The position numbers were made by a program, and so were the translations under genes. Source: Balanoglossus misakiensis (taxonomy: Eukaryota; Animalia; Hemichordata). From it: 64,000 bases of DNA. Below the pieces are notes generated by a model, which was not told where the DNA came from, searched no databases, and saw only the letters and a program-made list of their open reading frames with translations. Each line of letters starts with the position of its first letter. The stretch's first letter is position 1. This document shows, one piece after another, positions 63,671-64,000 of the stretch. The stretch is from positions 15,941,903 to 16,005,902 of the forward strand of contig CM082577.2 of the NCBI GenBank assembly GCA_040954595.2, read 5' to 3'.

Positions 63671-64000
63671 ATTGTGTTTGAAAAATGCCACAAGATGAGG
63701 TTTAGAAATGGGGCCCTGTATATATAGACGGACATATATATCGGGCAGGAGATATTGCACATCAACAAAAGTGAAGTACCATACACCATGAAGTCAGAAG
63801 TGTTGACCCTGAAACCACGAGCTGTGAAATTCCAGAGGATAACCAAACAACAAATGAAGGACAGAGTATCAGGAGATCTCCCTTCAATCAACACTTTCAA
63901 GAAAGAATCAAATATTGCAGTGTCGCTTCTGTTGCCAAACATGGGCCATCAGAACGGAATTTTAATCCGTACCAAAGCAGATGAAACATTGAAGACCTGA

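Overview
AT-rich metazoan nuclear DNA with spliceosomal GT-AG introns; the repeat repertoire suggests a marine invertebrate (inference). I found no intact host gene, rRNA, tRNA or CRISPR array. The window is mostly nested, decayed mobile elements: Helentron/DINE-like elements with 239-bp internal repeats, Academ(H)-type TAG-terminal elements (one carries a RecQ-like helicase), a Polinton/Maverick (C2H2 zinc fingers plus pPolB) interrupting an intron-containing PIF1 helicase pseudogene, P/THAP9, ISL2EU (THAP-DDE plus YqaJ-PHD), a two-intron Tc1 (DD34E), piggyBac, hAT, Crypton, DIRS/Ngaro, CR1/L2 and Gypsy remnants, minisatellites and long hairpins. The most unusual signal, missed by the ORF track, is a spliced bacterial-type beta-class N4C/N6A DNA methyltransferase-like pseudogene (14747-15007, with a phase-compatible terminal exon at 40187-40326). 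It faces RecQ-like and PIF1 helicase remnants, which may mark a large intron-bearing helicase/MTase mobile element. Also notable are a GC-rich duplicated element whose ORFans share an FPxxWxxANxPH motif, and a Gypsy Gag with an N-terminal HhH domain and a candidate -1 frameshift pseudoknot. All protein calls rest on manual motif recognition; no database search was run.
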